A stretch of 64,000 nt of DNA from a candidate division WOR-3 bacterium (GCA_039801565.1 JBDRUX010000001.1:1-64000); one strand, 5' to 3'. Counted from the first letter of the stretch, positions 1 to 10,318 are shown. Notes: generated from the sequence alone by a model not told the origin. Program-made: numbers and translations.

Positions 1-152
1 GTAGCATTTGAGTTTATTTTCGTTTTGTAAATAGCGAAGATGTCTTGAATCAAGTCGGAAACTTCACTATATTCGAGAATATAAGGTGTAACGATTCGAA
101 CGATTTTTTTGTTCAGTTCAATTTCTCTTAACGGCAATTGTTCAATGTGCAT
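1..152 (-). CDS. Hypothetical protein, N-terminus (runs off window start)
   Basis: ATG at 152 directly follows the coaE stop; frame stays open to position 1 (MHIEQLPLREIELNKKIVRIVTPYILEYSEVSDLIQDIFAIYK...). Confidence 0.55.
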   Translation of the reverse strand, partial: MHIEQLPLREIELNKKIVRIVTPYILEYSEVSDLIQDIFAIYKTKINSNA

Positions 153-806
153 TTAAATAACCCTACACCAATTTGAACGATTGCTAACGCTATTGTCGAT
201 CATTTTTCTGAATTCAGCAAATAATTTCTTTGCCTGTCTTGCTAATTCCTTTTTTGTGCCATTGTTCTTCACAATTATATCAGCTTTTTTCGCCATCGTC
301 TTTTCCGTTAACTGACAAGACAAGCGTCGTTCTGCTTCTTTTCGACTAATTCCCAATTCTTTAAGCCTGGCGATCTTTAATCGCTTTTTAGCACTTACCA
401 GTATTTTCACATCCACAGGAATTTTTTTATCCCAGTTGAAAAGCAAAGCTGCATCCAAGATAATGATATTTTTCTTTTCGGAAAACCGACCGATGGTTTT
501 ATTGATTCTATCAATAAGGGCGGGATGAACAATCCTATTAAGTAACGCAAGTTTCTTTCGTGAAGCGAAGACAACTTTTGCCAATTTCTTTCTCGAAATT
601 GTTCCATTAGAGTTTTGAATGTCCTTACCGAAAGATTGGACGATTTTCCGATATTGTGGGGTTGATTTTCGGAGTAATGACCAACCGATTTTATCAGCAG
701 GAATTACTTTCGCTCCGTAGTTTTGAAGAAATTTCGTCAGGGTTGTTTTTCCTGAGCCTAAATTCCCCCCAATGCCAATTACCAAAGAGCGCCTCACCCG
801 ATTCAA
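153..806 (-). CDS. coaE: Dephospho-CoA kinase
   Basis: IGIGGNLGSGKTT P-loop, ADKIG, LNRIVHP, ADIIVKN motifs. Confidence 0.93.
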   Translation of the reverse strand: MNRVRRSLVIGIGGNLGSGKTTLTKFLQNYGAKVIPADKIGWSLLRKSTPQYRKIVQSFGKDIQNSNGTISRKKLAKVVFASRKKLALLNRIVHPALIDRINKTIGRFSEKKNIIILDAALLFNWDKKIPVDVKILVSAKKRLKIARLKELGISRKEAERRLSCQLTEKTMAKKADIIVKNNGTKKELARQAKKLFAEFRKMIDNSVSNRSNWCRVI

Positions 807-855
807 ACCGGTTATTGGTTATTGGCTTTTGGGTTTTGGTCTAACAATTGTTTTG

Positions 856-2094
856 TCATCGGTAGGCTTTGACCAAAAGGGTGGTATTATGCCCTCCGAA
901 TCCAAAGGAATTGCTTAAAGCTGCCCGAATCGGCTTGGTACGAGTACCTTCTCGGACATAGTCTAAGGTCATTTCCGTATCAGGGTTGTCTAAGTTGATA
1001 GTGGGATGAACCTGACCGTGATAGACCGAAAGAGAGGTGACAATAAATTCAATCGCACCGGCTGCGCCTAAGGAGTGTCCAATCATTGATTTGGTTGAGT
1101 TTACCCAAAGTTTTTGCGCATATTCGCCAAAGAGGTGTTTAATCGCTTGGGTTTCGGTTAGGTCATTTAAATCGGTTGAGGTACCGTGGGCATTAATATA
1201 ATCCACTTCTTCCTTTTCAATTTCGGCTTCTTCGATGGCGCGGCGCATTGATTCATAAGCACCTTTACCATCTGGGGCTGGGGCAGTAATATGATAACCG
1301 TCTCCAGTAAGACCGTAGCCGGCGATTTCGCAATAGATTTTTGCATTTCGCCTCCGGGCGTGTTCCAGTTCTTCTAAAATAACAATTCCACAGCCTTCGG
1401 CAATGACAAAGCCATCGCGGTCTTTATCGAATGGTCGTGACGCCTTTTCCGGCGAGTCGTTCCTTTTTGAAAGTGCACCCATATTGGCAAATGCTGCGAT
1501 ACAATAGGGGGTGATTGGAGCTTCGGAGCCTCCAGCGATAATGACTTCCGCATCACCGTCTCTAATATGGCGAAACCCATTGCCAATGGCGTGAGCGCCC
1601 GAAGCACAAGCCGAAGTTGTACAGTAATTTGGTCCGCGCAAGCCGTAATAGATTGAGACCTGACCAGCGGCGATGTCTGGGATCATCATCGGAATGAGTA
1701 AGGGCGAGACCCGAGCTGGACCTTTGGTAAGAAATATTTCGTGTTGTTTTTCCCAGGTCTCAATCCCACCCATTCCTGACCCAATTATTACGCCAACCCG
1801 ATTTTTATCAAGACGATTAAAATCCAGTCCAGCATCGGTAACTGCTTCGACGGTAGCATAAAGGGCATATTGAGTATAGGTATCGGTGCGTTTTAAAAGT
1901 TTCGGGTCGAATTTTTGGGTTGGGTCAAAATTTTTCACCTCACCGGCAATTTGAACCGGCAAGGGGGATGGGTCAAATCGAGTTATCCGGCTAATGCCAC
2001 TGCGCCCAGCCAGAAGATTTGACCAAAAGGATTTTATATCATTGCCCAAGCAGGTAACAACACCCAGTCCGGTTACAACCACGCGCCGTTTCAT
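856..2094 (-). CDS. fabF: 3-oxoacyl-ACP synthase II
   Basis: RRVVVTGLG, TSACASG, NAHGTST, KSMIGH, NSFGFGGHN motifs. Confidence 0.97.
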   Translation of the reverse strand: MKRRVVVTGLGVVTCLGNDIKSFWSNLLAGRSGISRITRFDPSPLPVQIAGEVKNFDPTQKFDPKLLKRTDTYTQYALYATVEAVTDAGLDFNRLDKNRVGVIIGSGMGGIETWEKQHEIFLTKGPARVSPLLIPMMIPDIAAGQVSIYYGLRGPNYCTTSACASGAHAIGNGFRHIRDGDAEVIIAGGSEAPITPYCIAAFANMGALSKRNDSPEKASRPFDKDRDGFVIAEGCGIVILEELEHARRRNAKIYCEIAGYGLTGDGYHITAPAPDGKGAYESMRRAIEEAEIEKEEVDYINAHGTSTDLNDLTETQAIKHLFGEYAQKLWVNSTKSMIGHSLGAAGAIEFIVTSLSVYHGQVHPTINLDNPDTEMTLDYVREGTRTKPIRAALSNSFGFGGHNTTLLVKAYR

Positions 2095-2286
2095 ATCGAT
2101 TCTCTTAAATGATTTGAACTATTGAACTAACACCATGCGAAACGCATGCAGAATACTGCTCATTCTTCTCGGTACGCCTTGACCCGATATTTGAAGGGCT
2201 TAAGGTTTTCAAAAGATTAAAGTTGTTCAACCAGTTTTTCAGCAAGTTCATTAGCAATTTGAACCGTTTTGGCGCTATTTCTTCAT

Positions 2287-2541
2287 TCACTTCGTTTCAG
2301 CCTTCTTTGCTTCAAGTTTACTTTTCAAATACTCCACAGCCTTACCCACTGTATCTAATTTCTGACTGTCCTCATCCGGAATTTCGATATTAAACTTCTC
2401 CTCAAATGCCATCACCAATTCAACAATGTCCAACGAATCGGCACCTAAATCCTCGACGAACGATGCACTTTCCACCACCTTTTCTGGTGTTACATGAAGT
2501 TGTTCGACAATGATGTTCTTCACTTCATCAAATAACGCCAT
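2287..2541 (-). CDS. acpP: Acyl carrier protein
   Basis: [18 protein letters not shown] motif; GGAGG RBS; upstream of fabF. Confidence 0.97.
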   Translation of the reverse strand: MALFDEVKNIIVEQLHVTPEKVVESASFVEDLGADSLDIVELVMAFEEKFNIEIPDEDSQKLDTVGKAVEYLKSKLEAKKAETK

Positions 2542-2551
2542 TATTGCCTCC

Positions 2552-2579
2552 TTTTTTGAACTCTTGAACGATTTGAACC
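2552..2579 (+). repeat. Short TTGAAC-type repeat, copy 1
   Basis: tttttgaactcttgaacgatttgaacc, near-identical to 4087-4114. Confidence 0.75.
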
Positions 2580-2665
2580 TTTCATTTTATTCTGTAGATT
2601 TAGTAAAATTAGTTTTAGTTTAGCGAACATCTGGCAAAATGTCAATAGTGAAATAAACTTTCGAG

Positions 2666-3985
2666 TCAGTTCTTCTTTAATCGCGGTGACCAAGTTGGTG
2701 AGAAAGCACCACCGGTGTTAGTGATTTGTTTTTGATTCTGACCATTCCAAGTCATCGTGTAGATTTCCCAGACACCGGTTCGATTCGAGGCGAAGGCAAT
2801 ATGTAATCCATCCGGTGACCAACTTGGGTCTTCATTGTTACCGTCATAGGTGAGTTGCATTCTTGTTTCACCGTTGATGTCGGTAATAAAGATTTGGTTT
2901 TTACCACTGTTGACGCGTGAGACGTAGGCAATCAAGTCCCCCCGGGGTGACCAAGCTGGGGAAGTGTTATACGAACCTTCATAAGTGAGTCGCCTTAAGT
3001 CAGTGCCATCCACATTGATGACGTAAATCTGGGGTACGCCGGTGCGATCAGAGACAAAGGCAATTTCGCGTAAAGAAGGGGACCAAGTCGGTGAAATCGC
3101 AATTGATGAACTGGTTGTGATCCGCCTTGAATTACGACCATCCGGAGTTAATTGGTATAAATTGAGATTGTTGCCATCAGCCAAAGCGCAAGCTAAAACT
3201 CGACCATCCGGCGACCAGGCCGGTGTAGTATTCAAACCTTCTCTTGCTGTGACCGGACTGATTTTGCCTCGATTTAAATCATAAGTGTAAATATTAAGAT
3301 TGGATTTATTGTCATAAGAACAAAAAGCAATCTTATCACCTTTCGGTGACCAGTCCGGGTAAAGAACAAATCCTTTGAGATTGGTAATCTTATAGGGGTT
3401 TGCCCCATCATAATCAACTACTGCTAACTCTTTACCTTCTTTAGTTTTTAAGGAGAAAGCAATTTCGGTTTGAGAAACGCCATCTTCCCCGGTGAGAAGT
3501 TTAATCACATCATCAGCAATGTTATGTGCCAACCAGCGCCAATTTTCCACTATTTTATAATCTTTGGTAGCGATTACGCGTCGCAATAATAAATCGTAGA
3601 GCGTTATCTTTAGCTGCGTAGCAGATTTACGAAATGAAACTTCACCGGCTAAAAGAACTGATGCACCAGTTTTTGCCCAAAAATCTAATTTTTTCCCTTT
3701 AGTTTCGCGCATCGTATCGGCTCGATAAAGTGTGAAATAAAGCGAAAATTCTAAATCCGCAATTAGGACTTTATAAATATTCTCCGCCATCTCTTTTAAA
3801 CTTGGGGCACAATCTTTGGGTAAATCGAACTCGGCTACTGCTAAATCGAGTCGTTTCTTAGCACCACTGGCAGTGATTTTTGCCCAAATCTCGGGTGCCG
3901 GCTGGCTAAATAAGGGCAAAATTAAAAAAATTAGCCACTCAACAACAAAAATGAGAAAAAACTTAGTAAATGGTTTTGCTCGCAC
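2666..3985 (-). CDS. tolB: Tol-Pal beta-propeller protein TolB
   Basis: Hydrophobic N-terminus, TolB_N-like segment (AHNIADDVIKLLTGEDG), repeated PxWSPDG (PD40) units. Confidence 0.9.
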   Translation of the reverse strand: MRAKPFTKFFLIFVVEWLIFLILPLFSQPAPEIWAKITASGAKKRLDLAVAEFDLPKDCAPSLKEMAENIYKVLIADLEFSLYFTLYRADTMRETKGKKLDFWAKTGASVLLAGEVSFRKSATQLKITLYDLLLRRVIATKDYKIVENWRWLAHNIADDVIKLLTGEDGVSQTEIAFSLKTKEGKELAVVDYDGANPYKITNLKGFVLYPDWSPKGDKIAFCSYDNKSNLNIYTYDLNRGKISPVTAREGLNTTPAWSPDGRVLACALADGNNLNLYQLTPDGRNSRRITTSSSIAISPTWSPSLREIAFVSDRTGVPQIYVINVDGTDLRRLTYEGSYNTSPAWSPRGDLIAYVSRVNSGKNQIFITDINGETRMQLTYDGNNEDPSWSPDGLHIAFASNRTGVWEIYTMTWNGQNQKQITNTGGAFSPTWSPRLKKN

Positions 3986-4086
3986 ACTATCTATTTTAAA
4001 CCGTAATTGCTAAAAGTCAATCAAAAACAGTTGGGAGTCAATATGAGAATTTCATAACCTAAGAAAAGTGTAATGTGAAAGCCTGC

Positions 4087-4114
4087 CTTTTTGAACTCTT
4101 GAACGATTTAAACC
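4087..4114 (+). repeat. Short TTGAAC-type repeat, copy 2
   Basis: ctttttgaactcttgaacgatttaaacc; one mismatch to the copy at 2552. Confidence 0.75.
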
Positions 4115-4261
4115 ATTAGCGCACCCTTTCTGGATCCATTTTGTCACTGAGGTCGCAGAATAAAGAATTTTTTTCGGTGTCTCCGCGCCGCTGTGGCAAA
4201 ATTTCTGGATGGAGACTTTAACCGAAAAATCACGGAATACTGCTAAGGTTGAGTTTTGAAA

Positions 4262-6934
4262 CTATTCCAATTGTCCGATTGCAGACCGCTTTGGTTTTTC
4301 CTGTAAAGCAGCTTGGGCTGCAGCTAATCTGGCTACAGGGACACGAAAGGGCGAACAACTGACATAGTCTAAACCCTGGTGATGGCAGAATTCGATAGAC
4401 TTTGGTTCGCCACCGTGTTCACCACAAATCCCAATCTTTAAATCCGGTTTCACACGCCTTCCTAAACGAACTCCTAATTTAATCAAGACCCCAACCCCAT
4501 CTTCATCCAAGATGCGGAATGGGTCAGCGTCCAAAATCTTTTTTTCCAAATAATGGGGCAGAAATTTACCGGCATCGTCACGGGAAAAACCAAAGACCAT
4601 TTGGGTTAAATCATTCGTGCCATAGGAGAAGAAATCGGCCTTGCGGGCAATGTCGTCAGCGGTTATCGCCGCTCGTGGCAATTCAATCATTGTCCCACAA
4701 GCATAAGGAAGTGTGAAACCAAATTCTTGAAAGACCTCCTGGGCAACCCTATCCACCAATTCGCGTTGGACAACAAATTCGCGAACGGTTCCAATTAATG
4801 GTATCATCACCTCGGGTAAAACTTCAAAACCTTCTTTTTTCACTTCACAAGCCGCTTCAAAGATCGCTCGAACCTGCATTTCGGTAATTTCAGGAAAGAC
4901 AATACCCAGCCGGCAGCCGCGAAAACCTAACATTGGATTCACCTCCGAGAGTTGGCTAACGATTTCTTTGATAGTTTTCGGTTCTTTACCCAAGCGTTTC
5001 GCCAATTTCTCAATCGCCGCTTCATCTTTCGGTAAAAATTCGTGGAGTGGTGGGTCAAGGGTTCGGATTGTTACTGGCAGACCTTGCATTATCTTAAACA
5101 GCGCCTTGAAATCCTCTTTTTGCAAAGGCTTCAGTTTGGCTAAGGCCTTTCGTCGCCCTGTCTCATCTTCAGCTACAATCATTTCTTGAATTGCATCAAT
5201 CCGACCTTCGCCAAAAAACATATGTTCGGTGCGACAGAGACCAATCCCTTCGGCACCAAAATCCCGGGCAATCTTAGCGTCGGTTGGGGTGTCGGCATTT
5301 GCTCGAATCTTTAAACGGCGGAAAACATCAGCCCAGGAAAGGAGCGTTTTAAATTCATCACTTAAGGTTTGATTAATTGTCGGCGCCGCCCCTAAAATCA
5401 CATTGCCGGTTGTACCATCAATTGTGACCACAGTTCCTTGTTTTAAGACGGTGTCGCCGACCCGCATCTGCTTATTCCTCTCATCAATGATTAAACTCTC
5501 ACAACCGACAACGCAAGGTTTGCCCATTCCTCTTGCCACAACCGCCGCATGCGAAGTCATTCCGCCGGTAGCAGTTAAAAAACCTTGTGCCCGTGCCATT
5601 CCCCCTACATCCTCAGCTGAGGTCTGTTGTCGAACCAAGATAACCCTTCTCCCCTCATTGGTCAATTTTATTGTTTCTTCGGCAGTAAAGACAATTTCGC
5701 CAGAAGTCGCACCCGGTGAAGCTGGAATTCCTTTTGCTAAAGGAGTAAATTTATAGGAAGGGTCAAGAATTGGGTGGAGCAATGCCTCGACATCGGCAGC
5801 CGAAACTCTTAAGACCGCATCCTTTGGTGTGATGATACCCTCGCGCACCATATCAACAGCAATGCGAATTGCGGCCAGTGGTGTCCGCTTTGCCCGCCGG
5901 GTCTGCAATATCCAAAGCCGATTCCGTTCAATTGTGAATTCAACATCTTGTACATCCCGATAATGGGCTTCCAGCCGTTCTAAGATAGTCTCTAATTGTC
6001 GGTAAATTTCCGGCATTTCCTGGGCTAACCATTCCAAAGGTTTCGGGGTGCGAACTCCAGAAACGATATCTTCACCCTGGGCATTGGTTAAATACTCGCC
6101 GTAAAACTCTTTTCGACCATCGGCGGGATTACGCGTGAAGGCAACACCAGTTGCCGAATCTTCACCCATATTGCCAAAGACCATTGCTTGCACATTCACC
6201 GCAGTTCCCCAGTCTTCCGGGATATTGTAAATCCGGCGATAAGCCTTTGCTCGTTCGTTATTCCAAGATTCAAAAACCGCATTGATTGCCATTATCAATT
6301 GTTCTTTGGGGTCTTGTGGAACAGACCGCCCATCCGCCGATAATTTCTTATACCGACTAATAATCCTTGCTAAGGCTTCTTCAGTTAATTCGGTATCATT
6401 ACTCACACCCAGCCGTTTCTTCTCTTGGGCAAGAATTTTTTCAAATTCCTCATTCGGTAGTCCTAAGACAACTTCGGAAAACATTTGGATGAATCTTCGA
6501 TAACTATCTAAGGCAAACCACCGATTTTGAGTTTGTTTGGCTAAACCATCAACTGTTTCATCATTTAATCCAATATTCAAAACGGTATCCATCATTCCCG
6601 GCATCGAAACCCGTGCTCCGGAGCGAACCGAAACTAATAAAGGATTTTCCGCTACCCCATAGCGACGGCCGGTAACCGATTCAATAAACTCGATTCCTTT
6701 CTCAATTTCCTGTAACAAACCTTTGGGATATTCTTTCTTTTTAAGATAATAGACACAGGCCCGGGTTGAAATAGTAAAGCCAGGCGGGACTGGAATGCCA
6801 ATATTGGTCATTTCGGCTAAGCCGGCTCCCTTACCACCTAAAACTTCTAATATCTTGCCAGGTGTGCGAAAGCGCCGTGCCAGACCAGAACTTCTTGTCC
6901 TATTTTTTTTGCCAAAAGTAAATACCCAATGCAT
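4262..6934 (-). CDS. ppdK: Pyruvate, phosphate dikinase
   Basis: LGGKGAGLAEM, SVRSGARVSMPGMMDT, GGMTSHAAVVARG, GICGEHGG motifs; 890 aa. Confidence 0.98.
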   Translation of the reverse strand: MHWVFTFGKKNRTRSSGLARRFRTPGKILEVLGGKGAGLAEMTNIGIPVPPGFTISTRACVYYLKKKEYPKGLLQEIEKGIEFIESVTGRRYGVAENPLLVSVRSGARVSMPGMMDTVLNIGLNDETVDGLAKQTQNRWFALDSYRRFIQMFSEVVLGLPNEEFEKILAQEKKRLGVSNDTELTEEALARIISRYKKLSADGRSVPQDPKEQLIMAINAVFESWNNERAKAYRRIYNIPEDWGTAVNVQAMVFGNMGEDSATGVAFTRNPADGRKEFYGEYLTNAQGEDIVSGVRTPKPLEWLAQEMPEIYRQLETILERLEAHYRDVQDVEFTIERNRLWILQTRRAKRTPLAAIRIAVDMVREGIITPKDAVLRVSAADVEALLHPILDPSYKFTPLAKGIPASPGATSGEIVFTAEETIKLTNEGRRVILVRQQTSAEDVGGMARAQGFLTATGGMTSHAAVVARGMGKPCVVGCESLIIDERNKQMRVGDTVLKQGTVVTIDGTTGNVILGAAPTINQTLSDEFKTLLSWADVFRRLKIRANADTPTDAKIARDFGAEGIGLCRTEHMFFGEGRIDAIQEMIVAEDETGRRKALAKLKPLQKEDFKALFKIMQGLPVTIRTLDPPLHEFLPKDEAAIEKLAKRLGKEPKTIKEIVSQLSEVNPMLGFRGCRLGIVFPEITEMQVRAIFEAACEVKKEGFEVLPEVMIPLIGTVREFVVQRELVDRVAQEVFQEFGFTLPYACGTMIELPRAAITADDIARKADFFSYGTNDLTQMVFGFSRDDAGKFLPHYLEKKILDADPFRILDEDGVGVLIKLGVRLGRRVKPDLKIGICGEHGGEPKSIEFCHHQGLDYVSCSPFRVPVARLAAAQAALQEKPKRSAIGQLE

Positions 6935-6936
6935 AT

Positions 6937-7158
6937 TTATTTCCGCAAGAAAAGGTTAAGAATTAGGGTCAAGAGTAATGAGATGATGATTGAACTCATT
7001 AGCGGAAAATAGAAAGTAAAGTTTGACCTTTTGACCATAATATCACCGGGCAAGTGGCCGATTCCGATTTTAGTTAAAAGGATAAGGCTTAGCCCCAATA
7101 TGATAATAAAGAATCCAATCAGAATTAAGAATTTACCCAAGGGTGATAATTCCGTCAT
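6937..7158 (-). CDS. Small membrane protein, DUF2905-like
   Basis: Two hydrophobic segments around GHLPGDI...NFTFYFPL. Confidence 0.8.
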   Translation of the reverse strand: MTELSPLGKFLILIGFFIIILGLSLILLTKIGIGHLPGDIMVKRSNFTFYFPLMSSIIISLLLTLILNLFLRK

Positions 7159-7394
7159 TTTGAAGTGTCTTGAGCGCCGCTCAAAAAAACATCGAGCAGT
7201 TCTTTGGCTTTTTCATAATCTTCTTCTGCCACCAAGATTTCACCCCAATGGGGACGCATCATCTGGGCGATTCCATCGTAGGCTGGAATCTGATAGCTGT
7301 GAATAATTGAATAGATGCCTTCTTTTTCCAAAAGCGACTTGATACTAAGTGCCAAAAGTTCATTATCCGGTTTAAACAAAATTTTCGTTTTCAT
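7155..7394 (-). CDS. DUF2007-like putative signal-transducing protein
   Basis: IKSLLEKEGI...EILVAEEDYEKAKELL pattern. Confidence 0.75.
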   Translation of the reverse strand: MKTKILFKPDNELLALSIKSLLEKEGIYSIIHSYQIPAYDGIAQMMRPHWGEILVAEEDYEKAKELLDVFLSGAQDTSK

Positions 7395-7627
7395 TCGGAA
7401 AATATATTATAATTGATTTTAACTGAAATGTCAATGATAACACTTATTATTCTTTAAATTAAATAACAGGCTGATTTTTAAATTATTAAGATTGACATTT
7501 TTTAAGGTTTATTTTATTATTGAAACGGAAATGAGAATGAAAACAGCCGTTGTTCTAACTCGACTGGCGATGAAAATAAGTTTACGCTGCGCACTCCGTA
7601 GTCTTAATAAGAAAGGGGGTGATTGGA

Positions 7628-8659
7628 ATGGAAGACCGCAACAAAGGAATTCTGGCTTCGGTCAAATGTGCGGGTTGAGCATCCAAAATTGCTAAGGCGC
7701 AGTTGGCGCAAGCCTTATCAGTTTTGCCCGAAATTAAAGACGAAAACCTTTTAGTGGGGTTAAATACCGCGGATGATGCTGGTGTCTATAAACTGAATGA
7801 AGACCTCGCATTAGTCTATACGATTGACATCTTGACACCAGTTGTTCCCGACCCATTTCTTTATGGAATGATTGCGGCTGCCAATTCCTTATCGGATGTC
7901 TATGCGATGGGCGGTGACCCCAAATTAGCACTAAATATCATTGGCTTTCCGGCTAAAGGCGACCCAAAAATCTTGGGTGCGATTCTTCACGGCGGTCAAA
8001 AAAAGGCTTCGGAAGCTGGCGTGACCATTGCCGGTGGCCATACCTTCAATTCTGACGAAATAAAATATGGGCTTTCGGTGATTGGTTATATCCATCCCCA
8101 AAAAATTATAACCAATGCCCAAGCCAAACCCGATGACGTTATTATCTTAACCAAACCAATTGGTGTTGGTACCATTATCCAATCTTTATTACTCGATAAG
8201 ACCGAAGGGATTGATTACCAACCAATCTTCCAAGCGATGAGTGGTTTAAACAAAGAGGCTTCTTGGGCGATGCGCGAAGTTGGGGCAGATGCTTGCACCG
8301 ATATCACTGGCTATGGTCTTATTGGCCATCTGGTGGAAATGGCCGAGGCAAGTAATGTTGGAATTGAACTCTGGGCAAATAAGATTCCAATCTACCCAGA
8401 AGCGATTGCCATTATAAAAAGGGGAATCTTTGAACCAGGGATCACAATGAACCAAAATTCATTTAAAGATAAAGTTTTACTGAAAAGCACTGACAATAAT
8501 ATTAACAGTATCATTTTTGGTTCTGAGACATCTGGTGGTTTGGCAATTGTTCTGTCTCCCACCAAACTCGATGGCTTTCGAAATCGTTATCAAAGACCGA
8601 TTTCAGTGATAGGACGGATTACTAAACAAGACCCCGGCCGAATTATTGTAATTCCCTAA
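7628..8659 (+). CDS. selD: Selenide, water dikinase (selenocysteine at codon 17)
   Basis: ATG 7628 after a GGGGGTG RBS reads MEDRNKGILASVKCAG-UGA(7676-7678)-ASKIAKAQ, in frame with ORF 7703; DDAGVY, ANSLSDVYAMGG, GGHT, TDITGYGL, ETSGGL motifs. Confidence 0.95.
7693..7717 (+). promoter_or_regulatory. Candidate bacterial SECIS hairpin
   Basis: taaggc...gcctta stem starting 15 nt after the in-frame UGA, with G-containing apical region. Confidence 0.6.
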
Positions 8660-9015
8660 CTAATTTAATCATAAGCTATAGATTATTCCGAGACATCAGG
8701 AATAGATTTTGTGCCAGAAAAGTATATTATACTTGATTTGGTTAGATTGGCGGTAATCTTATGAGCCAAATTTATTATTTGTTCTTTAAATCGCAACTTG
8801 GAGTTTTCTTTACTCAGACGTTCCTCCTGAAAGTTTTGGAAAAAGGTCTTTCATTTTAATGGGGAAAAATAAGTTGAGAAAAAATTATTTTAAGATATTC
8901 ACTTTCTTATCTTACGAAATAACTAAGGACCGAGTAAAATTCATCCTCAAATTTGAGAACTCTAAATTACACAAGATTATTGACAATGTGTCAATAGCTA
9001 TTTATATTAAATTAT

Positions 9016-9098
9016 GCCGAGGTGGCGGAATTGGCAGACGCGCTAGGCTCAGGACTTAGTGGTTAACAGCCGTAGGGGTTCAACTCCCCTCCTCGGCA
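9016..9098 (+). tRNA. tRNA-Leu(CAG)
   Basis: GCCGAGG/CCTCGGC acceptor stem, GGAATTGGCAGAC D-arm, anticodon arm CTAGG-CT-CAG-GA-CTTAG, long variable arm, GTTCAACTC T-loop; CCA not encoded. Confidence 0.95.
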
Positions 9099-9170
9099 CT
9101 TCGTGCCTCGGAAAAAATCGGTCGTTGTATCCTTCGGATTTCAACTCCCCTCCTCGGCACTTCGTGCCTC
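9079..9170 (+). repeat. 31-bp direct repeat of the tRNA 3' end plus flank
   Basis: ttcaactcccctcctcggcacttcgtgcctc at 9079-9109 and 9140-9170. Confidence 0.9.
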
Positions 9171-9266
9171 ATTAAACTCTCCAAGTAACAACTAACTAAC
9201 AATTAAATACTTAAATTTTTTGTTTGCTACCGACCAGATATTTATTTTTTATTTTTTATTTTTTTA

Positions 9267-9926
9267 TTATATAAAGAATATCCTCACCGAGCGATATACG
9301 AACCAAACACCAACCAAAATTGCCACTATCCGTGCTGTGATTCTAATATCGTGGAATCGGCTAACCAGGCCAGCAAAAAGTAAAGGCAAAAGATAAATGG
9401 TTGTGGCTATAAAGAAGAAAAAGAAGAAAACTATACCATACCAAATTCTACCCATTTCCGTTGCGTTAGTTAGTGCTAATAAGAATGGTGGGCAAATATT
9501 GATTCCAGTCAGAAAGCCAAAAATTAAATTCAATCTACGATTCTGGTAGAATTTATCTAAATGACGGCACAGCGTCCAGTGAGGAAAGAATGTCGCAGCA
9601 CCATATAAAATCATCAAAACTCCTAAAATAAAATAAGCCGCCGGTAATATTATTAGATTAAATAACTGGGACGAAGCAATTATTCCGCCGATAAACCCAA
9701 AAATGACACCAAATAGTAAATAAGCAATCAACCTACCTAAAATAAAAATTGCCAAAGAGATTGTTGAACTTTTAAGATCGGATTTTACATTTGTTAGCAG
9801 CAATGGTCCAAACACCGGATAACAAAAACCGATACAAAATATCCCACTGGAAAAACCTAAAGCCAAGCCTTTTAAAATTATTTCAATCGTCGCTTTTCCT
9901 CTTCGGTCATTCGTTCTGGTGTCCAA
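9267..9926 (-). CDS. DsbD_2/TauE-SafE-like multi-pass membrane protein
   Basis: About 6 hydrophobic segments; GIFCIGFCYP, GRLIAY and GINICPP motifs. Confidence 0.75.
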   Translation of the reverse strand: MDTRTNDRRGKATIEIILKGLALGFSSGIFCIGFCYPVFGPLLLTNVKSDLKSSTISLAIFILGRLIAYLLFGVIFGFIGGIIASSQLFNLIILPAAYFILGVLMILYGAATFFPHWTLCRHLDKFYQNRRLNLIFGFLTGINICPPFLLALTNATEMGRIWYGIVFFFFFFIATTIYLLPLLFAGLVSRFHDIRITARIVAILVGVWFVYRSVRIFFI

Positions 9927-10318
9927 GTATTCTTTTTATCGAAATAGACCTTAACCGCTTTTACCTTTGGGACCTGCTTGACCGCTTGTATGACTGCATC
10001 CTTTAGTTCATTCATCAAAGGACATTTCCAAGTAGTTAGTAAAAGTCCAATCGTCACCTTATTGCCCCTCTCAATCTTAAGCTCGCTGATTAGTCCTAAA
10101 TCGTAAATATTAATTCCGATTTCAGGGTCAATTATGCCCCGCAAAGCAATTATAATATTTTCTTCATTTAATGAATCCGATTTAAAAACTATTTCTTGAG
10201 GAATAAGACTCGATTTGATTATCCGTTTAGAATGAACAAGTTTGGGCAAGAAGATTGTTAAGATGCCAATTCCAAGCATTAATGCGATTAAAAGAACCCT
10301 TCGCAAAATAATTGGCAT
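9878..10318 (-). CDS. DUF59/SufT-like metal-sulfur cluster assembly factor with N-terminal hydrophobic helix
   Basis: IIDPEIGINIYDLGLI, LTTWKCP, WTPERMTEE; ATG 10318 is the likelier start than 10387. Confidence 0.85.
   Translation of the reverse strand: MPIILRRVLLIALMLGIGILTIFLPKLVHSKRIIKSSLIPQEIVFKSDSLNEENIIIALRGIIDPEIGINIYDLGLISELKIERGNKVTIGLLLTTWKCPLMNELKDAVIQAVKQVPKVKAVKVYFDKKNTWTPERMTEEEKRRLK

Noticed and set aside
2105..2290. 61-aa ORF between acpP and fabF
   Set aside because: No recognisable motif and contains TTGAAC-type repeats; may be a gene remnant but cannot be supported.
7492..7695. 67-aa ORF upstream of selD
   Set aside because: Starts at the -35 box and overlaps the true Sec-containing selD start in another frame.
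8859..9059. 66-aa ORF
   Set aside because: Runs through the tRNA-Leu promoter and gene.
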